From NCBI GenBank assembly GCA_951406725.2, contig OX597824.1, forward strand, positions 32,260,001 through 32,322,000: DNA of 62,000 nucleotides, read 5' to 3'. Made by a program: the position numbers and the translations under genes. Each line of letters opens with the position of its first letter. The stretch's first letter is position 1. Below the pieces are notes generated by a model, which worked only from the letters and a program-made list of their open reading frames with translations, was not told the origin of the DNA and did not search any database. This DNA comes from Octopus vulgaris (lineage: Eukaryota). This document shows, one piece after another, positions 24,301 through 32,856 of this stretch.

Positions 24301-27300
24301 AAATGAATAGCTTTGTCAGGCAGCCAATCAACAAATACACTGGCAAACAGGAATCACTCCTTGTGCAGATAAGACGAAAGCTTGTCTGGTACGGGCATGT
24401 ATCCTGTCATAATTCTCTGTCCAAAATCATTCTTCAGGGCACATTTGAGGGAGAGAAAAGAGAGGCAGGCAGAGAAAATCCTGGTTTGACAGCACCAAAG
24501 ACTGAATGGGTCACAACGCAGCAAATTTGCTATGCATGACAGAGAACAGTGACTAATGCTGACAATTGACTATAAAAGCGTCTAGAGTGACACCCCAGTA
24601 ACTGCCTGAATCAGTTAAGACAAAACAAAGTTTATAGTCATATAATTCTTTCTTTGCCATGGTGTCAGGTAAGATTAAAACCATTACGACCAATTATATT
24701 TTTTATCAAATAAGGCAATTAGTCTCCATCCTTCTTCAAACATCACAAGCACCTTGTCCTATCTCCTCTGGGAAACACCGTACAAGATGATATAGGGTTA
24801 GAGGGGATCTACAACACTTCTTTTTCATATATAAAGAAATATATAAGGTGCATTCCAGAAGTTTTGAGACTTTTTTTAGGAGAGTTATAACATCCTAGAT
24901 TACTGAAATTTTAGTATAACATTACTATACATATAAAGCTGACCTGCAACTTTTGTTAATCTAGATTAAAGGAGATAACATAATAGCACTTTGAATACAC
25001 CATAACTAAACACTGCTTGTCACAGCTGACTGGCTTGCAGATTGCAGTCGAGATATGAAAACAATTTGGAAGCTTGCAGCCATGCAATAAAGTTTTGTGT
25101 TAAACCAAGCAGAAACACTACAGGAACTTATGAAGTGCTCCAGATTGGTTTTAGATTAACTTATATGAGCTGAGCATGTGTTTTTCGCTAGCACAAGAGG
25201 CCAAAAAAGGCAAGTCCTCCAGAAAGCTCATGATGACCCTATTTTTCCACAGCAAGGGTACCATCTACATCTGGGTTCCCTTTGGCCAGATGGTCACCAA
25301 AAATTACTTTGTGGGGGGTTTGAAGAGATTTTGTTGCAAAACGCCAGAGCACCTGCACCAGATTACAATTCCAACTACTTTACAAAGATGAGCATCAAAA
25401 CTGCTTCTCACCTACCCTACAGTCTAGACCTTGCTCCCGGTGACTTTTGGTTGTTCTTCAAGCTGAAGGAGAATAAGGAGGAGGCTGTGACATGGGTCCC
25501 GGTCACCTTCACTTTGGAGTACTTCCACAGGGCCTTCACAAAGTTGCTGGAGTGCTAACAACAAGGGCATTGAACTCAGAGATCTTACTTTGACTCTTTA
25601 ACATTCAGATGCCTTTGCTGTCACAAAATAGGGTCATTGTGAGCTTTCTGGAGGACTTGCTTTGTTTGACCTCTTGTGCTAGTGAAAAACAGATGTCCAG
25701 CTTATACATGTTAATCTATAAGCAGTTTGGAGTATTTTGTAAGTTTCTTATTTCTTCATTACCCACAAGGGGCTAAACATAGAGGGGACAAACAAGGACA
25801 GACAAAGGGATTAAGTTGATTACATCGACCCCAGTGCTTAACTGGTACTTAATTTATCGATCATGAAAGGGTGAAAGGCAAAGTCGACCTCGGCGGAATT
25901 TGAACTCAGAACATAAAGACAGACGAAATACCATTAAGCATTTCGCCTGGCGTGCTAACGTTTCTGCCAGCTTCCCACCTTTTGTAAGTTTCTGTAGAGA
26001 TTCTGTCCCGCTTAACACAAAATTTTATTGTATCGCGAGCTTCCAAATTGTCTTCATGTCCCAAATGCATTCTGCAAACCAGTCACCTGTGACAAGCAGT
26101 GTTTAGTAAGTAATGCTTATTTATTCACACTATTTTGAGTTAATCATGTATTATCTTGTAGCTTTGAGATTTCAATGGTGTAACAGTATACTTTTACAAT
26201 GACATTGTCAGGTAAACATAGAGGGGACAAACAAGGACAGACAAAGGGATTAAGTCGATTACACACACACATTTGGATGTGTATGCTTGTTGTAATACCT
26301 CAAAAAAATAATACAGCTTTCATATAACTATGGCTATCCAATACGGGGTTGTTTAACTAAGTCAGCACTGATCCAGCAGTCCTAGTGTCAAGGGCGTTCC
26401 AGTCATGGCCATCGCATTTTAAGGTATAATTTATCAAGAATTAAACTTCTGAATATCCTGTTATTTTAAGGCGTTGTGAAATGAGATAAGCTTTTATTCC
26501 TAGCTGGTCGGGCGACCGCGTAGAAATCAAACCCAGTTAGTTTGATTTCGTTTTTAGCTAAAATTACCTTTGTTAATGAGCACAGGCGTTCTATCCATGA
26601 TCCTCACATTCTTTTTATTTATATCAAGAAATAAACAGTCGAATGTATTCTTAATTCTAGAATATAACAACTTTTTCGAACAAACCGAATGACCTAATTG
26701 ATTCGCGAGCTTCAAGTATTGATATTATTGCGTCAATATTTTGAAATTGCATCATACAAATTGCATCATACAAATTGACAATCAGAATCGATCAGTGTGA
26801 CAGTTAAATACTAACAAGAAAACCTATCGATTGACTAGTTAAAATCTATTTTAGCTCTCACAGATTTAGTTAATGCCAAATGAATAAGTTACTTCACCTT
26901 CAACGAGGGTGGATTCTAGCTTTCACGTATTCGCCAGACGGGCTAAAAAATAGACAGTCTGTCACTCCCAAAATTCACACCTTAATGTTTGCAAAAAGGT
27001 CACATTGGATACTGTAGTCACAGACAGGGCCCTCTCAACAACAGAAAGGACCCCCTACATACATAACCATTGGGCCCTTAAACTTACAGAGATCTCGGGT
27101 AAGTGTGCTGTGTACCTATGCCTCCTGAAAATCTAGGTGTGATGGCTATGATCGGAATGTCTCAATCAATGCCTACTTGAGTCTAAAATGCAACAATTAA
27201 TACTTTAGGAATTTAACTATATATTGATATAATTCAGCGACACATTAAGGTACGAAATGTAGTTAACCATAGAAATCGGAAAAAAAAAAAATTTGGAATA

Positions 27301-28393
27301 AAATAAAGTAACGAGGAATGAGGGTTTATTTTGAAATTGAACCCAGGAATAACATAAGAATTAGAAAGAGTGGGGAAAAAATTACTTGTGCAGTAAACTG
27401 TTATAACAAGTAAATACTGAAGAAAATAATTTAAAATATTGATATATTACGTTAGAAATACATATATCTAAATATTGCAAATATTTCCCTGGTTTACGCT
27501 AACATCAAGGCTGGTACTATCAGAAACTCGGCGACGACTTGCACACGTGTTTTATGTGTACGCAAGCATATTTATAGCTCAAAAGAGAATTTCCTGATGA
27601 AAGTATGAGAACATTTCACAAGTTTATGATTGCATCATCATCATGGAAAGAGAAGCGGAAGATAAAAAAAAAAGTAACTTCATAAGAAATAAGAACAAAA
27701 CAAAATTGAAAAAAAAAAAAAAACACCCGATGTATTCTATATTTAAAATTAACACGTATATAATAGAAACAGACATATATAGCTGTGTGTACAAATGTTC
27801 TACACTGACATATCCGAAAGAATTAAAAATCATCGCATTACAATAAGCATACACATCCAAACGTGTGTGTGTGTACGTATATGTGTATTATAACTTCTGC
27901 ATTTACATTATTTTGAAATAAAGAAACTGAAAAATAAATATTCTGGTTATATCGTCTATTCCTTAAAATAGTTATAGGAGAGACTTAAAAGGCTGAGATG
28001 ATGCAGAATAACTGGCGACTTTAATTGTTTAAATCATGACTAACTTTATATAATTATACCAGTAACGCACTGGGGTCGATGTAATCGATTTAATCCCTTT
28101 GTCTGTCCTTGTTTGTCCCCTCTATGTTTAGCCCCTTGTGGGTAATAAAGAAATATATTATTATTATTATTAAATATTAGGAAATACTTTAAGGTAAGAT
28201 CAGAAAGACTATTTTCTGATGTTAAATTATAAATAAACTACATGATTCATTTCAAACTCTAGGTAGTTTCGGTGATTGGTGGGGGGTCATAGGGAAGTGA
28301 GAAAGAGTATATTATTGTTGGAAATAGTAATGATAAAGTATGCTTACCGACAGCAGCATTTTGTGAGTCGATATTGAGTTTGAGAGGAGCCAT
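246..28393 (-). CDS. EPRS1: Bifunctional glutamyl-prolyl-tRNA synthetase, 5' part (15 coding exons, about 577 codons; gene runs off the left edge)
   Basis: Hand-spliced exons give a continuous frame: [22 protein letters not shown]...[37 protein letters not shown]...RFDDTNP...TSDHF...MRDPTLYRC...[27 protein letters not shown]...[10 protein letters not shown]...[16 protein letters not shown]...TFINWGN. All introns GT-AG. The ProRS half is outside the window, so the EPRS fusion is inferred from the metazoan norm. Confidence 0.97.
991..1101 (-). CDS. EPRS1: EPRS exon 14 (111 nt, [12 protein letters not shown]...EVAKHPK)
   Basis: Conserved VIDP..PRY and HPK motifs; cag acceptor, AAG|gt donor. Confidence 0.96.
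1691..1750 (-). CDS. EPRS1: EPRS exon 13 (60 nt, [20 protein letters not shown])
   Basis: Conserved MEWDKIWA motif; tag acceptor, AAG|gtaat donor. Confidence 0.97.
1955..2504 (+). mobile_element. Internally deleted Tc1/mariner DNA transposon
   Basis: About 27-bp TIRs (ttgattgaaaagtaactcccta / tagggagttacttttcaatca) in TA context; transposase remnant [10 protein letters not shown]...[15 protein letters not shown]. Confidence 0.9.
2735..3045 (+). mobile_element. RTE-clade LINE 3' fragment
   Basis: [41 protein letters not shown]...[15 protein letters not shown] is typical of the RTE/BovB C-terminus. Confidence 0.88.
3505..3855 (+). mobile_element. SINE-like repeat family D (catcatcat...ccatgctggcatggg...gatgcccttcctaa), with 42-bp tandem repeat x about 2.8 at 3725-3852
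   Basis: Homologous copies at about 480-800, 4435-4640, 6420-6630, 6920-7230, 9280-9420, 12245-12590, 13825-14095, 16550-16925, 17340-17545. Confidence 0.8.
3960..4044 (-). CDS. EPRS1: EPRS exon 12 (85 nt, [29 protein letters not shown])
   Basis: Conserved motif; tag acceptor, gtaagt donor. Confidence 0.98.
4162..4434 (+). mobile_element. Tc1-type MITE with long TIRs, right end interrupted by a SINE
   Basis: TA-CAGGGTG start; 4178-4253 is the reverse complement of 4361-4434; internal [17 protein letters not shown] resembles a Tc1 transposase C-terminus. Confidence 0.85.
4862..5246 (+). mobile_element. Non-autonomous Helitron (old)
   Basis: A|TCTATAAAG start; hairpin cccgagcgaggcacggg at 5217-5233 followed by TTAG|T (CTAG variant). 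Confidence 0.6.
5417..5525 (-). CDS. EPRS1: EPRS exon 11 (109 nt, [37 protein letters not shown])
   Basis: KMSKS-equivalent LSKRK loop; tag acceptor, gtaagt donor. Confidence 0.98.
7281..7478. repeat. Degenerate inverted repeat (old MITE-like element)
   Basis: ttatttaacttattggttaaacagtcagt pairs with actgactgtttagcaccaagttaaacaa. Confidence 0.55.
7506..7630 (-). CDS. EPRS1: EPRS exon 10 (125 nt, [42 protein letters not shown])
   Basis: Near-invariant GluRS/GlnRS block; cag acceptor, gtaag donor. Confidence 0.98.
9911..10305 (-). mobile_element. Gypsy-type gag N-terminal fragment flanked by 47-bp direct repeats
   Basis: ATG at 10220: [15 protein letters not shown](SLFTADP)[22 protein letters not shown]...frameshift...[40 protein letters not shown]. 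Confidence 0.75.
10337..10508 (-). CDS. EPRS1: EPRS exon 9 (172 nt, [12 protein letters not shown]...CCVRAKIDM...MRDPTLYRC...TGDKYK)
   Basis: Conserved motifs; a second in-frame acceptor lies at 10502. Confidence 0.96.
11051..11265. mobile_element. TTAA-flanked piggyBac-like MITE (right end truncated)
   Basis: ttaacctttagcattcag start; same family as 18642, 22813 and 60915. Confidence 0.75.
11322..11728 (+). mobile_element. tRNA-derived SINE family B (Meta-like central domain), tandem dimer
   Basis: Head ggcaagctggcagaaacgttagc...gttcaaattcc, then gactttgcctttcatcctttcggggtcgataaa; about 188-bp body repeated. Confidence 0.88.
11987..12179 (-). CDS. EPRS1: EPRS exon 8 (193 nt, [10 protein letters not shown]...TSDHF...AYVDDT...RRNQ)
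   Basis: Conserved GluRS motifs; cag acceptor, gtaagt donor. Confidence 0.98.
12245..12590 (+). mobile_element. SINE family D copy, inverted relative to 13825-14095
   Basis: 12410-12586 is the reverse complement of about 13828-13999. Confidence 0.85.
13460..13586 (-). CDS. EPRS1: EPRS exon 7 (127 nt, [13 protein letters not shown]...RFDDTNP...FEQ; HIGH motif as HVGH)
   Basis: Class I HIGH signature and RFDDTNP; cag acceptor, CAG|gtaac donor. Confidence 0.98.
13825..14095 (-). mobile_element. SINE family D copy
   Basis: catcatcatcgtttagcgtccgctttccatgctagcatgggttggacg... Confidence 0.85.
14100..14396. repeat. Palindromic element, about 108-bp arms (about 93% complementary) around an 80-bp spacer
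   Basis: tgttgtatttggggatgg...cgtatttc (14100-14207) versus gaaatacg...ccatccccaaatacaaca (14289-14396). Confidence 0.9.
14207..14250 (-). ncRNA. Minimal type I hammerhead-ribozyme-like motif (degenerate)
   Basis: Minus strand: gacca-CTGATGA-g-GTCACA-gaag-TGTGAC-GAAA-g-aa-cTC-tgact. Core and stem II are clear; stems I and III are weak. Confidence 0.45.
15092..15177 (-). CDS. EPRS1: EPRS exon 6 (86 nt, [29 protein letters not shown])
   Basis: Conserved Glu[10 protein letters not shown] motif; cag acceptor, gtaagg donor. Confidence 0.97.
15537..15900 (-). mobile_element. Non-autonomous Helitron
   Basis: Minus strand begins TCTATATATATAAACGG and ends with hairpin gcactatgac...gtcatagtgc and CTAG|T. 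Confidence 0.85.
16050..16390 (+). mobile_element. tRNA-derived SINE family C (ggcgcgtggctcagtggttag...cttgagcaagacact)
   Basis: A/B-box tRNA-like head running into a shared body; further copies at about 7770-8010, 8080-8420, 18980-19260, 39555-39860, 44870-45100, 46430-46730, 50610-50870, 54040-54340. Confidence 0.85.
17586..17725 (-). CDS. EPRS1: EPRS exon 5 (140 nt, [11 protein letters not shown]...[17 protein letters not shown]...LKE)
   Basis: Open frame, phases 1 to 0 fit neighbours, gtaagt donor. Confidence 0.92.
18405..18558 (-). CDS. EPRS1: EPRS exon 4 (154 nt, IDFWIDFAQ...[20 protein letters not shown])
   Basis: GST-C-like YLVG..LTLAD motif; tag acceptor, gtaagt donor. Confidence 0.95.
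18642..18868. mobile_element. TTAA-type piggyBac-like MITE
   Basis: TIRs accctttagcatt / aatgctaaagggt, about 225 bp. Confidence 0.8.
19600..19965 (-). mobile_element. tRNA-derived SINE family A (ggagtggctgtgtggtaag...gggcaagtgtcttct...microsatellite...cagtcaaatgactgaaac)
   Basis: Further copies at about 3155-3487, 5655-6020, 8625-9020, 38848-39345, 45520-45905, 47485-47870, 50003-50470. Confidence 0.85.
20245..20341 (-). CDS. EPRS1: EPRS exon 3 (97 nt, [32 protein letters not shown])
   Basis: GST-like domain RYL..LYG motif; cag acceptor, GAG|gtaaaa donor. Confidence 0.93.
21760..22090 (+). mobile_element. Tc1-like transposase remnant
   Basis: [12 protein letters not shown]...[13 protein letters not shown] resembles the DDE motifs QDNAP.H and SPDLNPIEHLW. 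Confidence 0.7.
22813..23031. mobile_element. TTAA-type piggyBac-like MITE
   Basis: ttaactcttagcatt...aatgcaaaagggtta. Confidence 0.8.
23088..23178 (-). CDS. EPRS1: EPRS exon 2 (91 nt, [31 protein letters not shown])
   Basis: ttttttttacag acceptor, AG|gtatgg donor, phase 1 to 2. Confidence 0.9.
23270..23680 (+). mobile_element. Highly decayed R4/Dong-like LINE C-terminal remnant
   Basis: With a frameshift it reads ETVD~QLLFGCQ*FGTTDWT, resembling the CCHC knuckle ETIxHLLSGCxxLAxTEY of RLE LINEs. Confidence 0.4.
23945..24560 (+). mobile_element. RTE LINE fragment interrupted by SINE B (23970-24185)
   Basis: [13 protein letters not shown]...[24 protein letters not shown]; 21-bp TSD tatacc(t/a)tatggttgtgaaag at 23949 and 24186. 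Confidence 0.85.
24843..25600 (+). mobile_element. Decayed mariner element
   Basis: [11 protein letters not shown] start, [23 protein letters not shown], and [21 protein letters not shown] (YSPDLAP motif). Confidence 0.85.
26727..26768 (-). promoter_or_regulatory. Cluster of three C/EBP-ATF (CARE/AARE, ATF4-type) elements in EPRS intron 1
   Basis: ATTGCGTCA 26727-26735, ATTGCATCA 26746-26754 and 26760-26768 (TGATGCAAT on the minus strand). Confidence 0.55.
27629..27637 (-). promoter_or_regulatory. Single CARE consensus (TGATGCAAT) in EPRS intron 1
   Basis: ATTGCATCA about 720 bp downstream of exon 1. Confidence 0.4.
28348..28393 (-). CDS. EPRS1: EPRS exon 1 coding part (46 nt, [15 protein letters not shown]+G)
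   Basis: accATGG start context, G|GTAAGC donor, phase 1 matches exon 2, resembles EPRS N-termini. Confidence 0.88.
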
Positions 28394-28541
28394 GGTCAAA
28401 GACGACACTAAGCAACAGTCCGCTACAAAGGGTGAAAGGAATAATGCTGGCAGAAAAGGGAGGTAAATCTTGAGTAAGGGAAGACAACTACGGCAGTGCG
28501 ATTCAGTAATATTCTGCGTGATGGTGGTGGTGGGGTTCTGT

Positions 28542-28868
28542 GTGAGGGCGCGTGGCTTAGTGGTTAGGGCATTCGGCTCATGATCGTAAGGTTGTGAGTT
28601 CGATTCCCGGCGACGCTTTGTGTCCTTGAGCAAGACACTTTATTTCACGTTGCTCCAGTCCACTCAGCTGGCAAAAATGAGTTGTACTTGTATTTCAAAG
28701 GGTCAGCCTTGTCACTCTCTGTGTCACGCTGATTATCCCCGAGAATTACGTTAAGGGTACACGTGTCTGTGGAATGCTCAGCCATTTGCACGTTAATTTC
28801 ACGAGCAAGCTGTTCCGTTGATCGTATCAGCTGGGACCCTCGTCGTCGTAACCGGCGGAGTCTTTAAA
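28542..28868 (+). mobile_element. SINE family C, full length, in the EPRS proximal promoter
   Basis: Perfect 13-bp TSD ggtggggttctgt at 28529-28541 and 28869-28881. Confidence 0.9.
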
Positions 28869-29620
28869 GGTGGGGTTCTGTTGTAATTACACTTATAGTT
28901 AGGTTAACTGGCATATTGAATAAGAATAAGTTTAATATAGCTGCTGTTTACTCAATACGAGTAGAATAAATGTAGGAAGAGTATGGGATGGATTAACTGT
29001 ACAAAGTTGTCATCATTTAACCCCAGGCCAACTCTATTTGAGCAGACCTATGATCAAAGGTATTCCAGCTTGTCATTTTAGGGATGTGTAGGACAACACT
29101 ATATAATGTGTCCACACAGTATGGTGTAATTTGAGGGACATTTAGTTGCTATTTTTAGCTGGTGGAACAACCACAAAGATACCCTCATTGGCTTGGGAAG
29201 TTCAAAGTATTTGAAAACTAAAAGCCCTAAATTGTTTATGATTATATACAATTTTTAATAATAATATAATAATGAAATTATTGTATAGTGCTCAGGTGCA
29301 CCACAACGAAAAGTTGTGTTCCCCAGTCCCCATTTTGTTGTCTCCTGACTTCCAGAAAAAAAAAAAAATGGATATTTTTTTTTTAATGACATTTTCTACA
29401 AATGCGCTTCAGATGGTGCAGGTTCCGATCATCGTTAGGAAAGACTTCCTCCCGCCCCTCCCCATTTTCTCGCAAATTATTGTTTAAAAAAAAATTTCTT
29501 TTTGCCAAAACCCCACCTTTTCGGATACGGAGATTGCGGAAAATTGTCAAAAATCGGAATTTTGAACTATTTTGTACCCCCACTCCTTCCCCCAATTTCT
29601 TCTTTTTCACTTTTTCCGTA

Positions 29621-29692
29621 ACCTAACCCTAAAACCCTCACCCTAAAACCCTAAAACCCTCACCCTAAAACCCTAAAACCCCAACCCTAACC
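29621..29692 (+). repeat. Telomere-like (CCCTAA / CCCTAAAA / CCCTCA) short array
   Basis: acctaaccctaaaaccctcaccctaaaaccctaaaaccctcaccctaaaaccctaaaaccccaaccctaacc. Confidence 0.8.
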
Positions 29693-30224
29693 ATAAGTAG
29701 AAAAATCTTTTGAAATTTTTTCAGAATCATAATCTCCGTATATTTCCAGATATTTTGATGTTTTGGAAAAAAAGTTAAAATAAAGAATTAGTGGTGGTGG
29801 TGGTGTGTGTGTGTGTGTGTGTGTGGGGGGGGGGGGGGTAATTTAAAAATGCCGATTTTTGCCAATTTTTTGCAGATTCGTATTCTCCGTAACTGAAAAC
29901 AGGGGTTGTGTAGAAAAAAAAATTAAATAAATAAAAAAGGAGTATTTTTTGTTGGGTACAAAACGAAGTCTTGCCTCATAACTTTCAGAAAAATGAGTAC
30001 TTTCAGTGAAATTTTCAGCAAATTCCTTTCCGAGTGTGTGAATTACGATTATATCAGAATTTGATGTGAACAAAAAAATGGCGAACACGCACACATACAT
30101 ACTGATACACATCACGATTTTTTTTTTTGAAATTTCAAGTTTCATTTTGTAGATATATGTGATACCGTTTTCAGTATGAGCCCACCAATTTTTTTTTCTT
30201 TTTTTCATATTAAATTCCGATATA

Positions 30225-30639
30225 TATTTCTTTACTGCCCACAGGGGGCTAAACATAGAGGGGACAAACAAGGAGAGACAAACGGATTAAGTCGATCACA
30301 TCGACCCCAGAGCGAAACTGCTACTTTATTTATCGACCCCGAAAGGATGAAAGGCAAAGTCGACCTCGGCGGAATTTGAACTCAGAACGTAACGACAGAC
30401 GAAATACATATTTCTTTACTACTCACAAGGGGCTAAACACAGAGAGGACAAACAAGGACAGACAAACAGATTAAGTCGATTACATCGACCCCAGTGCGTA
30501 ACTGGTACCTATTTAATCGACCCCGAAAGGATGAAAGGTAAAGTCGACCTCGGCGGAATTTGAAATCAGAACGTAGCGACAGACGAAATACGGCTACGCA
30601 TTTCGCCCGGCGTGCTAACGTTTCTGCCAGCTCGCCGCC
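30225..30639 (-). mobile_element. SINE B tandem dimer
   Basis: Two body units, one head, single TSD ttccgatata (30215-30224 and 30640-30649). Confidence 0.88.
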
Positions 30640-31604
30640 TTCCGATATAATTGTAATCTACATACTCTGAAAGATATTTGTCGGAAATTTCATTAGAAAA
30701 AAAAAAAAAGAAAAAGAAAATAATAATTTTTTTGAAAGTTATGAGGAAACAAAGGTGACTCGTTTGATTTTTCTGAAACTCTTCTCCCTACCCACGGAGA
30801 AATTTTTTCTTCACAAATTTAGATATAATCGGAATTCACACTATCTGAAGCGTGTTTGTAGAAAATGTTATTAAAAAATATCAGTTTTTATGGCTGTTAT
30901 GAGGAAACAAAGTCGTGGTAGGGGGACACTCTTGCGTAGGTATGCCAGTTAACTTGAGGGTAGCGAGGTGATTGAATCGCGTGAAAGTTTCAAAGAGAAT
31001 AATGAGATCAGAAAGTTCCCTTGTTTAATTAATGTCTAATTATGACAGTGTAATTCAACGAATAAGAGTTTGCGTTGGAGTTTCTATTGTAATTCCATTC
31101 ATAGCCTGGTTTCTTAACTAGAAAGATGGTCGAGTCGACTGTATCGTGAGAACTTCGGCCTTTGTTCTCTATCTCAGTGCTTGGAGGTCAAATCCCGCCG
31201 AAATTGAGGCTGATTAATAAACTAACTGATCAGTACTGGAGTTAATTCCCCTCTCTCTGTCATAATCTTTTCTAAGTTTGGCACAAGGCCAGCAATTTTG
31301 AGGGGAAGAGAAGGTCAATTGCATCGACTCCAGCGCTTAACTGGTACTCATTTTATCGACGTCCCAAAATGTGGAAGGCAAAGTCGACTTCGGCGTAGTT
31401 TGAACTCAGAGCATGAAGAGCCGGAAGACAAGCCGCTAAGTATTTGGTCCGATGCGGTAACGATTCTGCCAGCCCACCACCTCTGTTTATCTATCAAAAT
31501 AATTCCATTAATTGTCTGGTCTCGCCTCGTTACCTTAGTACACGGTCCAGCTCATAGGTATTATTGCGCTTATCTCAATTCTTTCAAATAACTATCAAAT
31601 ACCT

Positions 31605-32005
31605 CTTCTTATTTCTTTGTTGCCCACATGGGGCTAAACACAGAGAGAACAGACAAACGGATTAAGTCGATTATATCGACTCCAGTGCGTAACTGGTACT
31701 TATTTAATCGATCTCGAAAGGATGAAAGGCAAAGTCGACCTCGGCGGAATTTGAACTCAACGTAACGGCAGACGAAATACCTATTTCTTTACTACCCACA
31801 AAGGGCTAAACACAGAGGGGACAAACAAAGACAGACAAACGGATCAAGTCGATTACATCGATCCCAGTGCGTAACTGGTACTTATTTAATCGACCCCGAA
31901 AGGATGAAAGGCAAAGTCGACCTCGGCGGAATTTGAACTCAGAACGCAGCAGCAGACGAAATACGGCTAAGCATTTCGCCCGGCGTGCTAACGTTTCTGC
32001 CAACT
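31605..32005 (-). mobile_element. SINE B tandem dimer
   Basis: Two about 188-bp units plus one head. Confidence 0.85.
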
Positions 32006-32069
32006 CTTCTGACGTACCATTCATCAGCTTCAGTTTTTTTCGTGGCGTCAGATCAAAAGGATTCAGTCA

Positions 32070-32824
32070 TCTATATATATAAAAGTGAAGTTGTGTGAGT
32101 GTCTGTCTCCTACGATTTAGATTCCTAATTACTCCCACATTTTGCGGTGCAGTTTAACCAAATTCGGGTATCTTATAGTCGTGATTCATATCGAGCCCTT
32201 CTGGGTATTAGCGCGCGTCTACGATGAGTCTACGATTTTAAAAATAATTTACCATAATTTTTTTCCATTTTAACGCATATTTTTTCAGTGTCGATGGCGA
32301 CGGAGTTGGCGTCCATGCTCACACCTGCACCTGTGTTACTTCTCCCCCTTCTTACCTCCCTCGTGAAGCTGTGGGGAAGGGAGTGTAAGGAAATCAACGT
32401 CGTAAAGCGTTGTCAAGGAGACCAGCGTTCTTTTAGAACAACGACTTCATGGCTTGAAGACACCAAAACAGAAACGGCTAAGAAAGCCCGAAAGCAAATT
32501 CTACAAAATCGGGAAACACGCCACACAGAGAAGGTTTCCCGTGCAAATAATTTGCACAACCGAATGTTATAGTTGTTGCACAACTTTTACTTAAAAAATA
32601 TTATCCAAACACAAACTTTTGAAGGCAATATTGTATGGCGATGGTACTTGTAAAATATGGTAATGGATTTAGTAGCCAAAAGGAGAGAGCAGAGGCATAG
32701 TATGGTGGTGGTGGAGGCGGTGGTAGTGGCAGCGGTGGTGGCGGTGGTGCTGGTAGTGGTGATGGTGGTCGTGGTCGTGGTGGTCGTCGTGTTTGTGGTG
32801 GTGGTGGTGGTGGTGGTGGTGTTG

Positions 32825-32856
<32 letters not shown>

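Larger units (their letters stand above)
29316..30929. mobile_element. Non-autonomous TIR element with telomere-like repeats and a nested SINE B dimer
   Basis: Imperfect about 35-bp TIRs (gtgttccccagtccccattttgttgtctcc / gaggaaacaaagtcgtggtagggggacac); subterminal ctcataactttca motifs. Confidence 0.5.

Noticed and set aside
26568-26598. [10 protein letters not shown] as the primary EPRS exon 1
   Set aside because: 28348-28393 has a better start context, a GTAAG donor and better N-terminal similarity; kept only as an alternative-exon hypothesis.
29621-29692. True telomere or chromosome-fusion scar
   Set aside because: Only about 70 bp, heterogeneous units, internal to a TIR element.
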